DNA of 64,000 bases from Octopus sinensis. Lineage: Eukaryota. Both the position numbers and the translations under genes were made by a program. Where the stretch lies: assembly GCF_006345805.1 (NCBI RefSeq), contig NC_043001.1, positions 73,284,001 through 73,348,000 of the forward strand, read 5' to 3'. This document shows positions 38,051-52,237 of the stretch, piece after piece; position 1 is the stretch's first letter; each line of letters starts with the position of its first letter. The notes under the pieces were generated by a model, which was not told where the DNA came from, searched no databases, and saw only the letters and a program-made list of their open reading frames with translations.

Positions 38051-38087
38051 CTTTGACATTTCAAGCCTTATGCTCTTCAACAGAAAG
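38051..38087 (-). ncRNA. Decayed minimal type-I hammerhead-like motif in a Penelope-like repeat nested in a family-A SINE
   Basis: CTTT-CTGTTGA-A-GAGC(ATAAG)GCTT-GAAA-TG-TC-AAAG. Stem I CTTT/AAAG. The two SINE halves flank it (37690-37915 and 38295-38455). Confidence 0.55.
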
Positions 38088-38194
38088 GATTAAGAGGGGG
38101 AAAAAAATGGAGGGAGACAAAAAAAGGGTCAGGATTAAGAGTTCAATATGATGAAATGGTCCGTAACACATATACACATACATACATACATATG

Positions 38195-38250
<56 letters not shown>

Positions 38251-40499
38251 TGTGTGTGTGTATACATATACATATACACGTATGCCTTATACACACACAA
38301 TGGGCTTCTTTCAGTTTATGTCTACTAAATCCACTCACAAAGCTTTGTTCAACCTGAGACTGTTGTTGAAAAAACTTGCCCATGGTGCCACACAGTAAGG
38401 CTGAACTGAACCCAGGACTGCATGGTTGAGAATCAAACTTACTACACAGCTACACCCATAAAAATTTAGAAAAAATGACACATGTTTATGATAAATATGC
38501 AAATGAATATTTTAGTTTTTTAAATTTTATTTTAAGGCAATAAATATCTTTCTTTTGAAAATAAGGATTCATTTAATCATTTTGTCTAAGTACCAAAAAG
38601 TTTTATAAAAGTTAAATTATAATTATTGTATGTATGTTAATTTCCTGTCACCCATAGTGACAATAGTACATTTCCAAAGTTACCAGTCATATGACTAGTA
38701 AGAGTCTAATATTACAATATAACCCCCTTTTTTAATTTCAAATACCAAAAAAAAAATGTAAAACAACATTGAAAGATTAGTATTATAGAAAACTATTAAA
38801 ACATGTTCCACAATATTCTGTCTGTGTATTAAAAGTGTTGCAACTTGTAAAATTCTCACATTTAATATCTTTGACGTTAAAAAGGTCAAAATTTCTGAAC
38901 ATGGTACTTCATCTGTAAAGTGCACCTAACTTCGTTGTAGACGACCTACTTTCCAAAGCAGTCCAGCCTGTTTATTAGTTATAGAGTTGCTGCTTACAGA
39001 AATAGCTAAGTTTGAACTAAATGTAATATTATTTACCAGCTAAGATTTAACTCAATCTATAGCAGAATCACTAGTGCCAAACAAAATGTCTCGCAGAATG
39101 AGGAATAGATTACAAGTTCAATAACCTCTGAAATTGGTAATTTAAATTTAATGAAATATAAGGGATTGATGCGGTCAACTAGAGATTTCTCCAAAAGTTT
39201 GTAGCATAACACTTAAGACAAAAATCAATAGTTACAAAAACTATCACAAAAAGTAACAATTTACTAATTGATTTACAAAGAGAATTAGCAAAAAATTACA
39301 TTCTTTAAACTTATATCCAGATTAGTGGAAAAGATACAAATAAAGTTGTGTTTTTTTTTTGCTTTGTTTTTTTTCAGTTAAATTTTTTCTTCACTCCATT
39401 CTGTTTACAGTTTAAGGTTGTTTTCAAGTCTTTAACGCTTACATAGACAGCATACCTAAATCACAACAGATATGAGATAAAAGGCAATGGCTTCTCAACT
39501 ATGGGTATATGTGGACAGATCATTGTACCCAGGACACGTCTAATAGTAGGGAGCTGGTTTGAAAGTCCCAGAGTGTTGAGAAGTGTAAAACCACCTCATA
39601 GCCACTGTTGTTCTTTGGTCTACTCTAACCCAGAGTAGTAACACTTGTCAGGGTTCCAGCTATCAGTTATACAGCATGTGAGCATCAAAACTAGGGTACA
39701 TTGAAGTACTAAACTCATTGAATCAATGGCAGATATCACTAGATGCTGAGTGGATGAACAAAAAACAAACTGTCAAAGGCAAGGATAAACCAGTTCAGTA
39801 AGTGAACTACCACTATCATCTGTTGTTGTGGCATGCACAGATGAGATATCCAGCAAGTAAAAGTCTAATGTGACTAAAACCTGAGCCAGACATTCATATC
39901 ACATCGTTCATTTGGGACAGTTGGTGTGGAAGAGGAGCATTGGCAAGTCATTTGAACAGATAATGATGATGATGATGATATAGATATACAGTTGTGTGGG
40001 TAAAGAAATTTGCTTCATAACCACAATATGGTGTTCTAGAATGTCTGTGTGTGTAACAGTAACACCATCAGCAATGTGAGAGCAATATTTTGCTGTGGAC
40101 TTGACTCAAGCTTTGTAGAGTATCAATGATTATTGGTGACTGAAGTGTATTTTGGCCCCAAGAAGGGCCAATTATCAGGATGTGATCCTAGCTATGCTAA
40201 GGATGTAGTTTCACCGAGAGTGATCTTTATTGATAGTGATATGTAACAATTGAAGCAATTTTGAAGTCTCTACTTGACTGAAGCTCGTGTTTGACAGGGA
40301 GTGTGGTGTAATAACATTTTCTCAATATGAGTCACATTTGTGTTTTCTTGCTGTTTAAAGAAACAATGTATGTCTATCCACATAGGAGGATACTTTTGTT
40401 ATCTCTGTTGATGGAATCAGTGTTTGGTGCATGGTACTTAGGTTATGAGTGGACAATACCTGGTTAACTGTTAGGGAGGAATGAAGGGTAGTATCATAA

Positions 40500-41450
40500 T
40501 AATAATAATAATGAAATTATTGTATACAGTGCTCAGGTGCACCACAACTTGTCAGAAAGGGCATATAAAGTACATGCAGTAATGTAGAAATGTCTGGAAA
40601 GTGAACAGTGTATGAGTCAGATACATGCTTGTGTGTGTATGGAGGGGAGAAAATCAAGTGTAGTGTTGGCGAATCTCAGGAAGCATGAAAGTTTTGAAGG
40701 ATGCAGTGCTCCGACAACTAACAACCGATGCCGGCAGTTTGTTCCATGCTTCAGCAACTCTCAGCGTGAAAAAATGTTTCCTGAAGTCATGGGAGCTGTG
40801 CTGTTTTCTTACTTTGTAAATATGTCCACGGGTGTTAGATGGGTTTAGTTTGAAGAGGTGCTCAGAGTTATTGTTTGTGCGATGGTTGATAATTTTATGG
40901 GTGTCTGCCAAGTCAGCTGCCAGACGTCGGAGTTTCAATGAGTCCATGCCCAGGGAAGTAAGGCGTTCAGGATATGGCAAATGCCTGATGGAGGGTATTC
41001 TTTTGGTTGCACGTCGCTGAACAGCTTCCAGACGATTGATGTCCTGGGCAAGATAGGGGTTCCAGACCGGTGATGCAAACTCCAGGTGAGGTCTTACCAT
41101 AGCTATATAAAGCCGCAGATAGATAGCGGGAGAGCGGCTCACAAAGGATTTGGTGAGTGATGCCAAGACACCCTCAGCCTTCTTGACAATTTTAGCGATG
41201 TGTAAGAGTGGGCATTGTTGGATGTGGTAGTGACTAAGTTATTGATGTATTGAAGGAAGAGAGTGAGGAACAAAACTGAACTGTGGAGCATGCCAAAGTT
41301 GATAGAACGAGGAACAGAAAGAGCTTTGTGAATATACACTGCAATAGTGTGATCTGAGTGGAAGCTATTAATCCAAGAGATGAGAAGCAGGTAGAGCCCA
41401 CAGGAAGAAAGCTTCAATAAAGATTCACATGTCAAGTAGAGGTAAAAGTT
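40500..41450 (-). mobile_element. CR1-clade LINE 3' portion with 3'UTR and (TAA)n tail
   Basis: 170-aa ORF LYIAMVRPHLEFASPVWNPY..RLEAVQRRATK..LKLRRLAADL..TRGHIYKV..RKHFFTLRVAEAWNKLP. An upstream decayed SVPRS..FLQYINNL RT remnant is present. Confidence 0.9.
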
Positions 41451-41932
41451 CATTGATATTGATGGTTATAACATTGCTTTTGCCAAATTCCTCCAAGACA
41501 AAAACCAACTACTGAGAGACCGGAGAGGAGGTTATCAGTAGATCTAACTTTATGGAAACTACATCAGAGAACAAGAGAGAGAGAGAGAGAGGACCTTATA
41601 AATGGATGACACCATTACTTTAGTGATATTAGAAGTGAGTGGAATAGACTAATAAATGGTAAGGTCAGATATGTTGCTTTTTTGAGGATTGGAATACACT
41701 GTAGTGTGTTTCCAAAGATTGGGGTAGATCCTGCTAAAGAGGGGAGTTTGAAGAATGTAGGAGAAAGTTCTTGGGTACTAAACACACACATACGTAGACA
41801 TATACATAGATACACACACACTCACATATGTATATACACACAAACATATACATACACACATCATTCGTACACACACACATACACATACGCACACATACAC
41901 ATATACATAGACAAAGACACATGTGCGCACAT

Positions 41933-41973
<41 letters not shown>

Positions 41974-42472
41974 CACAAATTTTATGTCCATCTGAAATTT
42001 CATAGATTGCTTGTGAGATTCACATATAACCAGTTTTCATACAATCAAAGAGTTGAATGACTCAAACTTGTATTTCTAAATGTGGGATAAAACATAAAAA
42101 TGTTGTATGCACATGTTAGTAATACAAAACATTTCCTCTGACGTAGCTAGATCATGTTAATAGTATTATACAAAGCTGTCTGCTGTACAGCAACAAAGAC
42201 TTTTCGATACTTGATCACAGAAATTATGAATATTTAACAACAACTTTTAGATTCTTTTACCCTTTTGATTCAGTCATTGGACAATGACCCAGCTGGAGCA
42301 CTGTCTTGAAGGGTCTAGTCAAACAAATCAACCACAAGTCTTATTTGCTTGTAAGCCTGGGAGCTTTCTTTTGTGGAACAACTAAGTTACAGGAATATAA
42401 GAAAACTAACACCATTGTCAAGAGGTGTGGATACAAATACAATGCACATACCTATACACACATATCTATCTG

Positions 42473-42515
<43 letters not shown>

Positions 42516-43669
42516 CCGACCTACCTACCTATCTCTCTCTATATATATATTTATATATATAATATAAATAAAAAAAATATTATATATATACATGCATATT
42601 ACATACATATATGTACATACATATATATATACATACATACATACATATATATGTATGTATATATATATGCATATATGGGTACAGGACGTCACAAACGTAC
42701 ACTATGAAATACGAAATATGAAAACAACATGAAATACAAAGACAAATTTGGGTATGCAAACAATGAGAGAAACTAATGGAAAACAAGACAAGTAACATAA
42801 AGATTGATTCTTCATCGGTTGTCAGTTGTCCATCTACTCCTCATTTTGTGCATTGAATATGAGACTTCAAAGGCAGTTGCTCCGCGAACCAAAATAAAAT
42901 TTGGGATTTGCAGAGGGTCAAAGTTGGTCACAAAAACAGGACAGTGGAGGCATACAACAAACCAAACGAAAACAGAGTGGGATGTTAGGCTAGATGAGGT
43001 AAAGTAGCGAACACTGGAGGAATATTGTCTTTGACAAGAGAAAAGATAGAAGAAGAGACAGATAAGAATGCGCGTCGTCTGCACAACAGACTGGAGGAAA
43101 AGAGAGATGATCACATGAGGAAAAGAAAGATGGATGATGGTCACATGTGAGCAATGAGAGAGAGTAGAGGAGAAAGAGGGAGAGAGAGAAAATGGTGAAG
43201 GGGAGAAAAAAGAATTAGAGAAAGGAAGAGAGAAAACAAAAGGGAGAGAGAGAACAGTACAGGGTAGAGTCGCATCAAAATTATTAAGATAAACTTACTT
43301 GGAAATGGATGGGTGGCATTCAATCATATAATAATATAAATACATGTAGTCTCTATGACCAACAAGTATAATTTTTGTTTTTAATTTTCCCAGCGAGATT
43401 AAACTGAAAATGCCAAAATAAAGCATTTAATACATTATACAAGCTTAAGAGAACAACTCAAATACAACATCAAAGTTTTAAATATTATTATTATAAAGAG
43501 ACTGTATCGACATTATTGGCTATTATCTCAACACATTTTTGTTATAAACATTGAATGGAGGATGGATGGATGAATGACATTACAAAAAGTGCTGTTAGTT
43601 TCCTGTAGCTTTAATTTTTTTTTTCCTAATAAACTAAATAATATGAACACAAGAACTGATATAGTTCTA

Positions 43670-43905
43670 TATTTGTGAGGTGAGGAATTATGTACATTAT
43701 TTACATTTGACAGATATTTGTCCTCATCTTGTATTGTTGTTAACACAACGTTTTGGCTGATGTACTCTTCAGCCTTTATCAGGTGTCCTGGGGGAATTTC
43801 AAACCTGGGTTCCCATTCCTAACGTATTTTCCAGTGTTATTATTATTATTATTATTATTCAGGTCCACTGCCTGGAATCAAACTCGGAATCTTGGGGTTA
43901 GTATA
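43670..43905 (-). mobile_element. Third copy of the tRNA-head/hammerhead-tail SINE (5'-truncated)
   Basis: Same architecture as 28403-28645. Hammerhead motif 43743-43786 reads ACAC-CTGATAA-A-GGCTG..CAGCC-AAAA-CG-TT-GTGT. Confidence 0.75.
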
Positions 43906-43937
43906 CATCTATATACTTAGTATATTTATATATATAA

Positions 43938-46900
43938 ATCACCCTGATCACCCCGACTGACCAGTCTGTCAGGCGTCCATTTGACACCGCTGGTCACAGC
44001 ATGCTGTCCACTCCTCTCTGGATCATGCCTTTCTCATCCACGTGATCCCAATCGTCCTCCTGAAATCGTAACTCCACTGTCGTGGAGGCCTTCCGGGTGG
44101 TCGTTTCCGCTCGCACGGGTACCACTCGACAACTGCACGGGTCCACTGATTATTGGTGAGCCAGGCGACGTGTCCAGCCCATCTAAACTTGCTGCGTGTA
44201 TACTCTGTGATGATATCCCTCATGCCGGACTTCTTTCTGATGATCTCGCTACTGATGTGCTCTTTCAACGAGATACCAAGCATTGACCTTTCCATGGCTC
44301 TTTGAGCCGTTACCAGTCTCTGCTCTTCTCTGTTTGTGGTAGCCCATGTTTCACTACCATATGACATTGCAGGTAGAACTGTACTGTTGATGAGGTTGGC
44401 GCGGGTGGTCCTGTCCAACCTTCCCTTGAGCACATCCCTTATGCCATTAAACACCTTCCATTGGTCCTTACTCTTCGTGAGATCTCCTTTTCGATATTTC
44501 GGCACATATTCACTTCCTGTCCTAGGTAAACATATTCCTTTACCTCCTATATTTCATCACTGCCGATCACCATTGGACCTGTTGGTACATTGTCTGACCG
44601 CATGAACTTCGTTTTCATGAGGTTCATCTTGAGACCTACTGCAGAGCTTTTGATGTCGAGCTCCGTCAGCATGGTCTGAAGCTGATCTGTGATTTCAGCG
44701 ATGGGTACGATGTCATCAGCTAAATGGAGGTGGGTGAGAAGCTCACCATTGATGTTGACACCGCTTTACCAGTCGATGCCTCTGATGATCTGTTCGAGAC
44801 ATGTGGTGAAAAGTTTTGGGGAGATCGTATCTCCTTGGTTCACTCCCTTCTCGACTGGCACTCGTACGGGTGATGACAGTAGAGCTATGTCAGTGGTGCA
44901 TCCGGAATTTGCCTCCCTGAGCAGTTGCACATATTGCGCCTTGACTCCTTGCCTCTGCAGCAAGTTCAGCACTGCATTGGTTTCGACGCTATCGAAGGCC
45001 TTCTCATAGTCTACAAATGCAACGCAAAGAGGCAGCTTGTACTCATTCACTCGCTCAAGCAGTTGTGTTAGAGTAAATATATGGTCCATCATGCTGTAGT
45101 TCTTCTGGAAGCCGGCTTGTTCCCTCAGTTGTTGTTCATCGAGATGACATGATAACCTGTTCAGAATTATCTTCGTGAACAGCTTGTACACGTGAGACAG
45201 CAGGCATATGGGTCGGTAGTTTTTTAGATCTTCTCTATCACCCTTCTTATATAGCAGGATGGTATTTGACTCTTTCCACTGCGAGGGAATTCTTCCCTCA
45301 TCTAGATAGTGTGTAAATTGCTCAGCAAGGATTTTCCAGAGCTGCTCTCTGCCTGACTTTAGCACCTCTGATGTTATACCGTCTTTCCCTGTGCCTTTCC
45401 GTTTTTCATCAAGCTGATGGCTCTTTCAACCTCACTGACAAGGATAGGTGGCACATTTTCTTCCTGTTGGAGTGGTGGTAATGGCTGGACATTTCTGGTA
45501 GACTTAAAGAGCTTGGTGTAGAAGTCTTCGCAAACTTTTTCCATCTCGTTCTTATCGTTGACTGGTATTCCATCTGTATTCTTCAGGGCCATCACCTCCG
45601 ATCTATATAGTACCATGTCCCTCTTGCATTTCTTGAGGCTCTTCTTTTCCTCAGCGGCCTTCAAGAGCTTCTCCATTCGGTATACCTCAAGGTCTTTCTT
45701 TAGTTGCTGACGAATCACTCTGCTGAGAATGGAATATTCAAGGTGATCTTCAATAGTCTTCTTCATATTTTTCCTCTTCTCAAGTAACTTCGTAGTTTCT
45801 TCCGAGATTCTTCCCTTCTTTTCTCTTAGACATACTCCCTTAGCCTTCCTTAAACACTCCTTCAGTTTCCCTATCAGTGAGTTGTAGTCATCATCTATGT
45901 CATCTCTTTGGCACCAGTTTTCCTGCACGATGGCTTCCTGCAGCTTTGCCTCGTTGTAGACTCGGACACGTTTTCCCTTTGACACCAAATACAGCGCCAT
46001 CTTCTCCCTCTTCCCGTCGATGACGACCCTCGCCCTCACCAGACGCTTGCTTCGGTGCTTAGAGTTTGGCGATATCCAGGTCCATCTCTTCCTGAATAGG
46101 CTGTTTCTGATGTAGAGCCGCCTCACCTCTGCCATGGTAGCCAAATGTTCTCCTCTCTTGTTTCTCTCTCCCATGCTGAATCTCCCGACGTACTACTCTC
46201 CTTGTCGTCCATGTCCAACCTTTGCGTTGAAGTCTCCCATCACGACAGTGTAAGTGGACTTCACAGCCAGCCCTTTGTCTAATTGTTGATAGAATTCTTC
46301 CACCTCATCGTTGTCACTGGCACTTATGGGAGCATAGGTCTGGACAATCTTGAGGGTGGCCTTCCCTGAGAGGTTCACATTCATTACACCAATCCGTGAT
46401 GATATGAACTGGCAAGAAGCGACCCTCGAAGCCCATTCCTTACTTATGATGAATCTGATACCTTCAGACTGATCTAGCACCTTCTGCTCTCCCTAATCTC
46501 ACAATGCATCCATCTTGCCATCGTATACTCACTTCCTTCTTACAGCGTGTCTTGCACAGCCCTAACACGTCGCACCTGATCTTCTTCCTCTCCTCCATTA
46601 GGTGGTTCAGTTCTTGCCACCCTGCCAAGGACTTGCAATTGTAGGTGCATATGGCACGGTTAGTCCTGTTCCATGATAGCCCTCAGGAACCTGTGATTCT
46701 TGGCAGCCTCTCATCACTCGGGTTGCACTCCGCTGTCATGAAGTGGCCCGATTGACGTGCAGGGTACTGAGGCCCTTTTCCTTTTCTCTTCATTCTTCAT
46801 GCTGTTTTAGCCATAAGATGACGCCATCCCACTGGCTAGGTGGGCAGGCCGGCATTTCATTGGATGGCCGTTGACTGTTCAGGAGTTCATCCGCCCTTTG

Positions 46901-47060
46901 TTGGGTCTTATTTTTCATCCCACAGGGAGTCCAACAGCACCCTCCTCACCAAGCAAACCTGGTGGGGTTGTCAGTTTAGTCGCCGACGTCCCGACCATGC
47001 AACAGGTTGTACTGGATTACATGTTACCAGTAGCACTCTAGAGCGACCTGACAGGTTGAC
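43938..47060 (-). mobile_element. Near full-length (~3.1 kb) RTE-clade LINE; single ORF (APE endonuclease + RT) broken by stops and frameshifts
   Basis: APE motifs TYNCKSL, LGLCKTR, GDFNAKVG, WTWISPN. RT motifs YRPICLLSHVYKLF, EQAGF, FVDYEKAFDSV, GVNQGDTISPKLF, HLADDIV. C-terminal RWAGHVA and RPPGRPPRQW. 5'UTR, short GGTGAT-repeat tail, TA-repeat flanks. Confidence 0.92.
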
Positions 47061-47072
47061 ATATATATAGAA

Positions 47073-47138
<66 letters not shown>

Positions 47139-47219
47139 GCCACCAGGTATATCTTGTTTGGTTGTCTCATTTTGATAAGAAAGCAACATTCTACCAGTGG
47201 TGGTTCTGAGAGATTCAAA

Positions 47220-48420
47220 CTGTGAGGTGGACCAAACTTGTAAGCAGAACTCAGTTTTGCATGGACACCACATCGGTGGTGTTCCTGTGGTGCCTCTTAA
47301 AACTTTGTAGAGACTCTGGTAGTGCAGGATGGCAATTTGCATCAACTCCAAAGTCATTTGCACAATACAAACAGCCATTAACCACAAACAAGGTTTCTAT
47401 CATGAAGCAGTGGTTGAAGCATTTCCAGATCCCTCTCTGCTCCACCTGCATGGCCCATGACTCAGTAATTCATTGCATGCAAAATGGTGTAAGGCAAGGT
47501 TGTCCCCTTGTATCTACACTTTTAGCCATCTTTTCCATTATAATACTCATAAGGATTACAGAATATCTCAATGAGGAGGACAATCTTTACATCTTGTAAC
47601 TCAGAGATCGTAACCGGTTCAACTCGAGATGACAACAGCTAAACACCAAGATTCAGGAGTAACTCATCCAGCAGCTACTCTTTGTTGATGATGCTGTACT
47701 TGTTTCTCAAACATAATCATCACTGCAGTAAATAAGCATTGTACTTTACAGAGGCTGCTGCATCCTTTGGACTTGTAGTCAGGTTGATAAATGCAGAAGT
47801 TCTTGACCAGCTCACATTCCAACAAGATTACTGCCCTTCTTGCATTACTGGTGAGACAAAGCTGAAAACAGTCCACAAATTTCTCTACCTGGAGTGCATC
47901 ATCTCATCAAATGCCATGATCAACAAAGAAGTAAACAACAGACAAGCAACAGCAAACAGTAGATTCAGCAAACTATACAAGCATCTGAGGCAAAGATACA
48001 AAGGTCAGCAAGTACAGAGCCATTGCATTGACCACCTTCCTTTACTCATTAGTTATCTACCATTTCCACCTTTGATTCCTTAATTGTTTCCATCAATATT
48101 CTTCTGATCATTCTCAACACATCTACTGGAGTAACTTAATTACTACATTGAAGTCATCAAACAGGTGGAACCAACATCAAGGCCATGCTTTTAAAGTCAC
48201 AACTGTACTGGATGGGGCATGTTTCCAGAATGAGATAGTATGCCCTGCTTATGGTTGTGCAAAATGACTAACTCTCCATTTATCATCATGGTGAATGTTT
48301 CCAAAGAAAAGATGTAAAGTCTTTGGAAAAATTCCTTGATATATGTAGCCCAGATCAGAGTTTGTAGTCTTTTTTTGTGCCCAATCTCGAAGCCTGGTGA
48401 CACAACATTCACCAGTCTAC
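47220..48420 (+). mobile_element. Decayed RTE (BovB-like) LINE, RT to C-terminus
   Basis: GVRQGCPLVSTL, LIQQLLFVDDAVLV, LKTVHKFLYLECIISSNAMINKEVNNR and GHVSRM, with many stops. Confidence 0.7.
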
Positions 48421-48469
48421 GTTCTACTACAAGAAATCACTAGCAAATTATTGGCTCTCCTTCATAACA

Positions 48470-49430
48470 GAATGAAGCTTCTTATGTCTCTCGTGGTTTT
48501 CATTGAGTTTTAGCATCCAGTCAATAGATGCTTCCAAATATTTTGCTAGTACAGTTATAGTGGTTTTGTAAGAGATTTCAAACTGGATCAAGCCTCAGCC
48601 TTCTTGAGGTCTGGGAAGGTAAAGACGACCTGCATCTGCCTTTGGCTGGTGCATCTTTTTGCAAGTCAGCAGCTTGTGGATTTTCCTGTCAATCTTCCTT
48701 ATTTCACTGATATTCCAGTTCAACACATTGAAACTGTAAATTACAACTGGAACTGCTAAGGAATTTATAGTTAACACCTTGTTACATGCATTTAACTTGG
48801 GTTTTAGGACTGCTTGAACTCTCCTGTAACACTCCTTCCCGATCTTCTTTTTCATGCTTGCATGCTGAATGCCCGAGCCCTCATTTATTCTGAGCTATTT
48901 GTAAGTTTGTTCCTGCTTGAGTTCTTTTATAACTGTGTCAACATCTAACACTGCTGAATGTGAGGTTTTCAAATTCTCTTTCTGGAAAGTGGCCTTGGCA
49001 CATTCATCAAAACCAAAATCCATCCCGATGTCATCACTGAATATTTTCACAATACATAATAGTCCTTCAAGGTCATTATCCTCTTTGCCATAGTGTTTTA
49101 AGTCATCCATATAAAATAGATGACTTATTTTCTTGTTGCCAATTTTATATCCATACCCTGTTCTATTAAGTTCACTTGTAAGGAGTATTAGGGCTATGCA
49201 AAAAATTAAAGGTGAAAATAAGTCACCTTGGAAAATGCCGCAGTTGATAGTAATATTGTTTGTGGTCAGCACTCCGTTGGAGTGATATAATTGGAGAGTG
49301 GTATAATCATCATTCATATTATTAAGGTACCAAGCTGGCACAATTCTTAGAGCACTGGAAAAAGTGCTTTGCATCATTTGCTCTGGTTCTTTACCTTTTG
49401 AATTCAAATCCCACTGACAGTGTTTCATCC
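48470..49430 (-). mobile_element. R4/Dong-clade LINE RT fragment
   Basis: GIFQGDLFSPLIFCIAL, ISHLFYMDDLK, IGMDFGFDECAKA, NKVLTINSLAVPV, RLYLPR. Same family as 33345-34900. Confidence 0.85.
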
Positions 49431-49750
49431 TGTTGAGCTTGATAAACTAAAGTACCAGTCAAGCACTTGGGTTGATAATATCAATTTGCCTCTCCCCTCA
49501 AAACTGTTGGATTTGTGCTAAAATTAGAAAGAATTATCATTATTATAATTATTAATATAATGCTATTTAAACAAGACTGCAAGCTGTCAGAATCGGTAGC
49601 CTGCTGGACAAAATGCTTGGCAGTATTTCGTTCATCTTTACATTCTGAGTTTAAATTCCACCAAGGTCGACTTTGCCTTTCATCTTTTCGGGATGGATAA
49701 AATACCCCCTCTCTTGAACTTACTGGCCTTGTACCAGATTTGAAACCAAA
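49390..49750 (+). mobile_element. Two family-B SINEs; another copy at 50300-50510 (-)
   Basis: Homology to 31060-31296. Confidence 0.7.
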
Positions 49751-52237
49751 ATAATACAATAGACTCATAAAAGCCAAATTATCAATTGCTAATCACTTGA
49801 AATGGCTGAAAGTAATAGTATGACAAGGTCTTTTTTATCGCTTGAGGCCTGAAAGTGTCACATCATGTTTGTCGGTCTATAAAATAAAATAAAAAAACTA
49901 GAAGGAAAGTCACGGAAGAAATCACCCGTCATAACCAAAGAAAAAAAAAGAAAATATATTTTTTAGTTTATGAGAGTTATGTCCCCTGGATTGGGACCCG
50001 AAAGGACCACATTAGTATTTCAAGATATTTGTTTGTAAGGTGAGATTGGAGTTTGGACAAGAGAGGGGTAGGGTAGAAGTGTAGCGGAGGGTAGAGCAGA
50101 GAGGATGGGGAAGTTATAGGAAAAGACAAAAAGAGAGAGAGGTACATATATGCATATACACTCTCATCTATATGCATGGGTACCTTCATGAGAGTAGATA
50201 TATCTTAGCAAATTGGCCAACTACACCATAATTATAAACGTTGGCTTCCCCCAACACATCGGTGTTTCCCCCACTTCTCTGCTATATGAGATATTGATTT
50301 CAAATTTTGGCACATGGCCATCAATTTCGGAGGAGGGGTTAAATCAATTACATTGACCCCAGAGTTCAACTGATACTTATTTTATCGATCCCGAAAGGAT
50401 AAAAGACTAAGTTAATCTCAGAAGAATTTAAACTGAGAACATAAAGACGGATATGATACCGCTAAGCATTTCACCTGGTGTATACTAACGATTCTACCCA
50501 CTCGCCACCTTCTTTGATCGTATATGAGATATTGATACAAGACTTGCAACATCCAATTTGTATATATAACAATGATAAACTAATTATGTGTGTGTGTGTG
50601 TGTGTATATGTATATATATATACACAGTTTCAACTCAAAATTACAATAAAGCAAGAAGTGTCTAGATTACCCACTGCACCAAAATAACAGCTTTGGCACA
50701 AATACAATTGTTCAAGCTAAGAAAGTAAATCCTTTCCAAATCATAAGACAATTTGAAAGTGGACATCTTCAGTTTTCATTGAATTTACCATATGAGAAAA
50801 ACATATCCTCCATGATGAAATGCTGCTAATGCTTATAGCTGTGATGTATGCACTTTCAATATCTACTCAGTGTTAAGTAGCCTCGACCATTAAGAGATAC
50901 ATGGAAATATCTCATAGCCATTAATAACTCATTAGGTCACCAACTAATGCTTCATTCTGCTAGGCTGAGTCCAGAGTAAAATCAGCTTAGCAGGCCAGTT
51001 ATTTAGAAGTTATTCAGAACAGCAATCACAAGTATATAAGAGTAGTGAAATAACACAAATGAAAATTGAAGCCATGGTGCAAATTTGGCCTACCAGGATC
51101 TTATCACTTTATAGCATACACACACATATATATATATCCCCTATTATATTGGGAAGTACCATTGTACCAAAAAGAACAAATACAAAAAAACAATAACACG
51201 AGGACGTGGCATATAGTACCCTCTTTTGTTTAAACAGATCGATTTCTTCTGAAAATTTCATTCCAGGTTCCTTACAAAAGCCTTGAGATCCATAGACAAG
51301 ATGCGACACTTTGAAGGCTCCAGTGACAAAGAGCCCATACCGTACTATTTATTCCTTTCAGCCGTTTCTAATTATTGCAGTACACGTATATACTAGTTGT
51401 ACAGTTAAGAAGCTCGCCTTATGAAATTTTCTTCATCATCAAAGCCGGCCAACCCATTATTAACAGCATTAATGAGCGGAATTGTTTTTGCCTTCACAAA
51501 TTGGCGTACACTTTCTCTAGATTTAAATAACATCTAATTCTTCTACCAGTAATCTTTTAGCATTCATCTATATAGGACGGTACTATTGGTCCTTACAATT
51601 TATAATTTATAACTTTGTGTCTCCATGTATGTGTTCTACATTGATTGTTTCTGTCCCGACTGGAAAAATATACAAAAATATATGGTTATTCTGATATATG
51701 CATGATATTCGGAACCCCATAGAGTCTTTTATCGGTGTAAGGTGTATATGCGCATCATATCTTAGGGCACTAGTTTGAGTTTTTGCTATACCAATATGTA
51801 ATATGTAAGAGTCTATAATTAGTATAAGTTGTTTATCTCAATGAGCATATAAGGTGTGTGTTTTTTTTGTTTTTTTTATCTCTGTGCCTTCCTTAATTTG
51901 TATTCCATTTTATTTATCTATTTATCTATACATGGATATATATATATATATATATATATATCTATACAATATGTTACTTTACTCGGTAGTCAAGATAAAA
52001 CTCTGAGTTTCAGATGCCGAAGTGGAAATCCACAACACCATCTCTTTGGTTATCTGGCTATTTGAAAACGCTATGAAAAAATACCGTTAAATAAAGGGAA
52101 ATTACTGTGTTATAACTCTGCTTGCCTGCGTACTTATACATCGCTCGCATTTTTCATCATAAAAATTATATAAAAATACATAAAAAATATATAAAAATAT
52201 ATAAAATCTTCTTGGGACATAACATAGAAAGCATGTT

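Noticed and set aside
42800-42830. CCGATGAAG on the minus strand, plus CTGATGA at ~10576 (-) and ~61435 (+)
   Set aside because: No stem II plus GAAA plus NUH geometry could be built.
46965-47060. HDV-like or twister ribozyme in the RTE 5'UTR (GG-stem-CTAA-ACTGACA resembles J1/4-P4-J4/2-P2')
   Set aside because: I could not fit P3/L3 with canonical lengths, and a competing TACTGG/CCAGTA hairpin exists. It needs an Infernal search; not called.
51109-51800. Short minus-strand frames (MLFKSRESVRQFVKAK.., MSHLVYGSQG..) downstream of the Penelope ORF
   Set aside because: Short, with no recognisable motif or consistent splice signals.
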